Assembly (NCBI GenBank): GCA_951406725.2
Contig: OX597824.1
Location: forward strand, 83,576,001-83,640,000
DNA length: 64,000 nucleotides
Direction: 5' to 3'
Source of the DNA: Octopus vulgaris
Taxonomy: Eukaryota
The notes under the pieces are model-generated. The model saw only the letters and a program-made list of their open reading frames with translations. It had not been told where the DNA came from and did no database searches. Positions 60,255 to 64,000 of this stretch are shown here, piece after piece. Both the position numbers and the translations under genes were made by a program. Positions within the stretch are counted from its first letter, which is position 1, and each line of letters begins with the position of its first letter.

Positions 60255-60630
60255 GTGCGTGTGGTAAGAAGCTTTCTTCCCAAACACACGGTTCAGGGTT
60301 CAGTCCCACTGCGTGGCACACCTTAGGCGAGTGTCTTCTACTATAGCCTCGGGTCAATCAAAGCCTTGTGAGTGGATTTCGTAGACGGAAACTGAAAGAA
60401 GCCCATCGAAATATGTGTGTGTGTGTGTTTGTCCCCCCACCCTACCATCGCTTGACAACCGATGTTGGTGTGTGTGTCCCTGTAACTTAGCGGTTCGGCA
60501 AAAGAAACTGATCGAATAAGTACTGCGCTTACAAAGGATAAGTCCTGGGGTCGAATTGTCCGACTAAAGGTGCGGTGCTCCAGCATGGCCGCAGTCAAAT
60601 GACTGCAGCAAGTAAAGGAATAAAAGAATA
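60255..60630 (+). mobile_element. SINE family A (sense copy)
   Basis: Reverse complement of the 6961-7382 type. Confidence 0.8.
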
Positions 60631-60671
60631 AATGTATGTGTATAGTATATATATGCAGACGTATACATGAT

Positions 60672-60770
<99 letters not shown>

Positions 60771-61094
60771 CGTACGTACATGCATAATACTTTGTGCCTT
60801 TTGTTAATATATATATATGTCAACACTTCATCACACGCCACTGATTTCTCAAACCTGATGAACTGATTGATAACCAGCTCATTAACATTGATTAGCTGCG
60901 AACTATGTTTGTGAGTCTGTGTGCGTGTTTGTGGAAGTCCTGTGTATGTATTTCAGTTTACAAAGAAAAGGTAAATAGACGCATTTAATATAAACGAAGC
61001 ATGCAATAATTTATTAAAGAGTTGAGATTACTCTTTGTCGTCACTCCAAGTTTCGCGTATCCTCCTCACTGGTCAAAGGATTCGTGCACGCGCG

Positions 61095-61136
<42 letters not shown>

Positions 61137-61139
<3 letters not shown>

Positions 61140-61532
61140 TTATATATAAAAGTCAAGTTGTGTGTCTGTCTCCTACGATTTAGATTCCTAACTACTCCCA
61201 CATTTTGCGGTGCAGTTTAACCAAAACCGGGTATTTTATAGTCGTGATTCATATCGAGCCCTTCTGGGTATTAGCGCGCGTCTACGATGAGTCTACGATT
61301 AAAAAAATAAATTTACCATAATTTTTTTCCCATTTTAATGCATTTTTTCGCTATTATATAAGGGAAGTAACTCTCTAAAAATGTCTACGATGAGTCAACG
61401 ATTTAAAAAAAAAATTACCATAATTTTTTTTCATTTTTAATGCATTTTTTGCCAATTTTTGGCTATAACTCTCTAAAAATGCTTATATAGTTATTTCCCT
61501 TACAAACCGAGCAACGCCGGGCGATACTGCTA

Positions 61533-61533
<1 letters not shown>
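61137..61533 (+). mobile_element. Non-autonomous Helitron-like element, copy 4
   Basis: A|TC...CTAG|T inside (TA)n. Confidence 0.85.
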
Positions 61534-61616
<83 letters not shown>

Positions 61617-62126
61617 ATATATATATATGTATGTATATATATATATATATAATACAAATAAGAAAATAGAGAAACAATTTAGTTTGTTCATCAACTTTTG
61701 GATATTAGAATGTTGAATTATTTATTCATTTAACAAAATGAGAACCTTAATAGCATACATATATATTTATGTATGTATATATATATATATATATATATAT
61801 TTCGTTTTCGGATTTGATTTGCAAGATTCTTTATATGAGTTCGTGTGTTGAGGCATATTTTGTTGTGTCTGGGGAAAGTCATTTTCTTTTTGTGTAACAC
61901 ACGCACCGGTAAAATTTCCACTTATTTCTTATTTTTATTTATAGGAAAATAAAAATAAGAAATAAGTGGAAATTTTACCGGTGAGTGTATTACATTATAA
62001 GGCACAAAAAGAAAATGACACTCCCCAGGCACAACATTATATATAAACAAATTTAACCTTTAGAGGTATTTTTTAATATGCTGGCCATTGACAGAATTTT
62101 TTTCGAAAAATTTAATCCTATATTAG

Positions 62127-62171
<45 letters not shown>

Positions 62172-63410
62172 TAGTAGGGTTGGCTTGTTTTGGGAGGTTA
62201 CATTGGGTTTCTCGCTCATAAAGGGTTTAACTTTACGGCGTATCTTCAGACCTCAAACACTGCTGGCCCGAGTCCTCTTTAAGATATTTATAGAGGCTAA
62301 ACCCCTAATGATCGAGAAACCCAGGATAACCCCATAAACCGGCCTACCCCACTATAATATCAACTGCTCTACATCTTAGAGTGTGCTTCTCCAGATTTAT
62401 GTATTTCTACAAACTATATATATATAGTGACGCATATTTGCCATTTGAATATGGCTAACCCATAAGGGTGGATGCTACTGTAGTTTATGGGTTAGCCATA
62501 TTCAAATGGCAAATATTCGTCACGATGTGTTACCGTTACTGTTTATAACTTGCTCTGAGATTTATCATTATATATATATATATATATAATGGATAATAAA
62601 ACGAATGGTTTACATTTAGTAGCTCAATAGTAAATTCTCGTATATTCCATCTTCCGTCTTTCATTTTGCCTTGTATGTTTTTTATTCGAGATTTTTCAGT
62701 ACGAATACTCGTTTCGTTTTTCACATAGAAGTTGTATGCGTTAAATAATTTTATTGAATTTCCATCGAGCATTTTGTGGTAAATGTCTCGTTTTATAAAA
62801 ATAAGCTTTTTTTAAAGTTAAGATGTGCCATTTGGCATACAATGGCGGTGCCCCAGCATGGCCACAGCTCGTGAGCTGAAACTAGATAAAATAAAATAAA
62901 AAAAATAAAATACCTGTCCCTATGTGTGTGTGTGTGTGTGTGTGTGTGTATGCATGTGTGTGCGTGTGCGTATATGCGTGTGTATGTGTGTTTGTATGTA
63001 TATATATACACACACACATATATATGGATGGTGGGGTCTACGTATTCATGCATGTACGCAAATAGTACATACATACACACACATACATACATACATACAT
63101 ACATACATACATACATACATCCATCCACATACACACACATACATAATACATACATACAAACATATATATATACATACATACATACACACATACATACATA
63201 CACATACATACATACATCCACATACATACATACAAACATATATACATACATACATACACACATACATACATACATACATACATACATACATACATACATA
63301 CATACATACATACATACATACACACATAATACATACATACACACATACATACATACATACACACATACATACATACATACATACATACATACATACATAC
63401 ATACATACAC

Positions 63411-63756
63411 CAGCGCTGGATTAACCATTAATCAAAACCAGCGCGTGCTTAGGGCATTAAGGGAAGTGAGTGGTACCACAGAAATGGTAAATGGTTTACG
63501 CCACAAAAGAAATCACTTTAAACTTGCTAAAAAAATATTCAAAGTGGTTCATATGGTCAGAAATATGATTTCGAAGCGTTGTTAGTGTCAAAATAAAACC
63601 TTGTTTTCCATCATACTGTTAGTTTTGTTTCATTTTGAAAAAATAAAAATTTATTTTACGTCTTATTATTGCTTGTATTTGGAATTATATATATATATGG
63701 GGGACACTAGAATCTTTAAAGTGCTTAGGGCCTCTATGGGTCTTAATCGGGCCCTA
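63411..63756. mobile_element. hAT-like MITE (degraded)
   Basis: CAGCGCTGGATTAA ... TTAATCGGGCCCT termini; related end at ~30296. Confidence 0.5.
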
Positions 63757-64000
63757 ATATACGCAGAGAGACAAGTTTTGCTTACAAAATTTCTTTACGA
63801 GGTATATAGTATCTACCTTCTTTGTTTTCGTGGGTTAAATGTTTAGCTTATTTATGAAATGTCTAACTGTTAAATAGATCCTCTCCTCCATAACCACCAC
63901 CACCACCACCACCACCGCCACCACCACCACCACCGCCACCACCACCACCATCATCACTACCATCACCACTATCACCACCACCACCACCAAAACCACCACC

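Overview
This is AT-rich eukaryotic genomic DNA dense in microsatellites and SINEs. The repeat landscape and the encoded protein point to a cephalopod, most likely Octopus (inference). The window holds the 3' ~three quarters of one + strand multi-exon gene, a phospholipase C-beta closely resembling the cephalopod visual/rhabdomeric PLC ('PLC21' of squid/cuttlefish). I assembled 23 phase-consistent coding exons (1010-38603, 2468 nt; end of EF hands, X box, X-Y linker, Y box, C2, proximal and distal CTD), followed by at least two and possibly four alternative terminal exons (41616, 44166, 46964, 52399). Splicing oddities are a textbook U12 intron (12460-13377), a GC-AG intron (2036-3064) and an 18-nt micro-exon. 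Introns and the downstream region contain several SINE families, non-autonomous Helitrons, piggyBac- and hAT-type MITEs, and CR1, RTE and R4/Dong LINE fragments. There is also a set of fold-back elements embedded in (TA)n; one (45987-46515) carries a minimal hammerhead-ribozyme motif on each strand and sits between the two best-supported terminal exons. Almost all ORFs in the supplied track are microsatellite artefacts.
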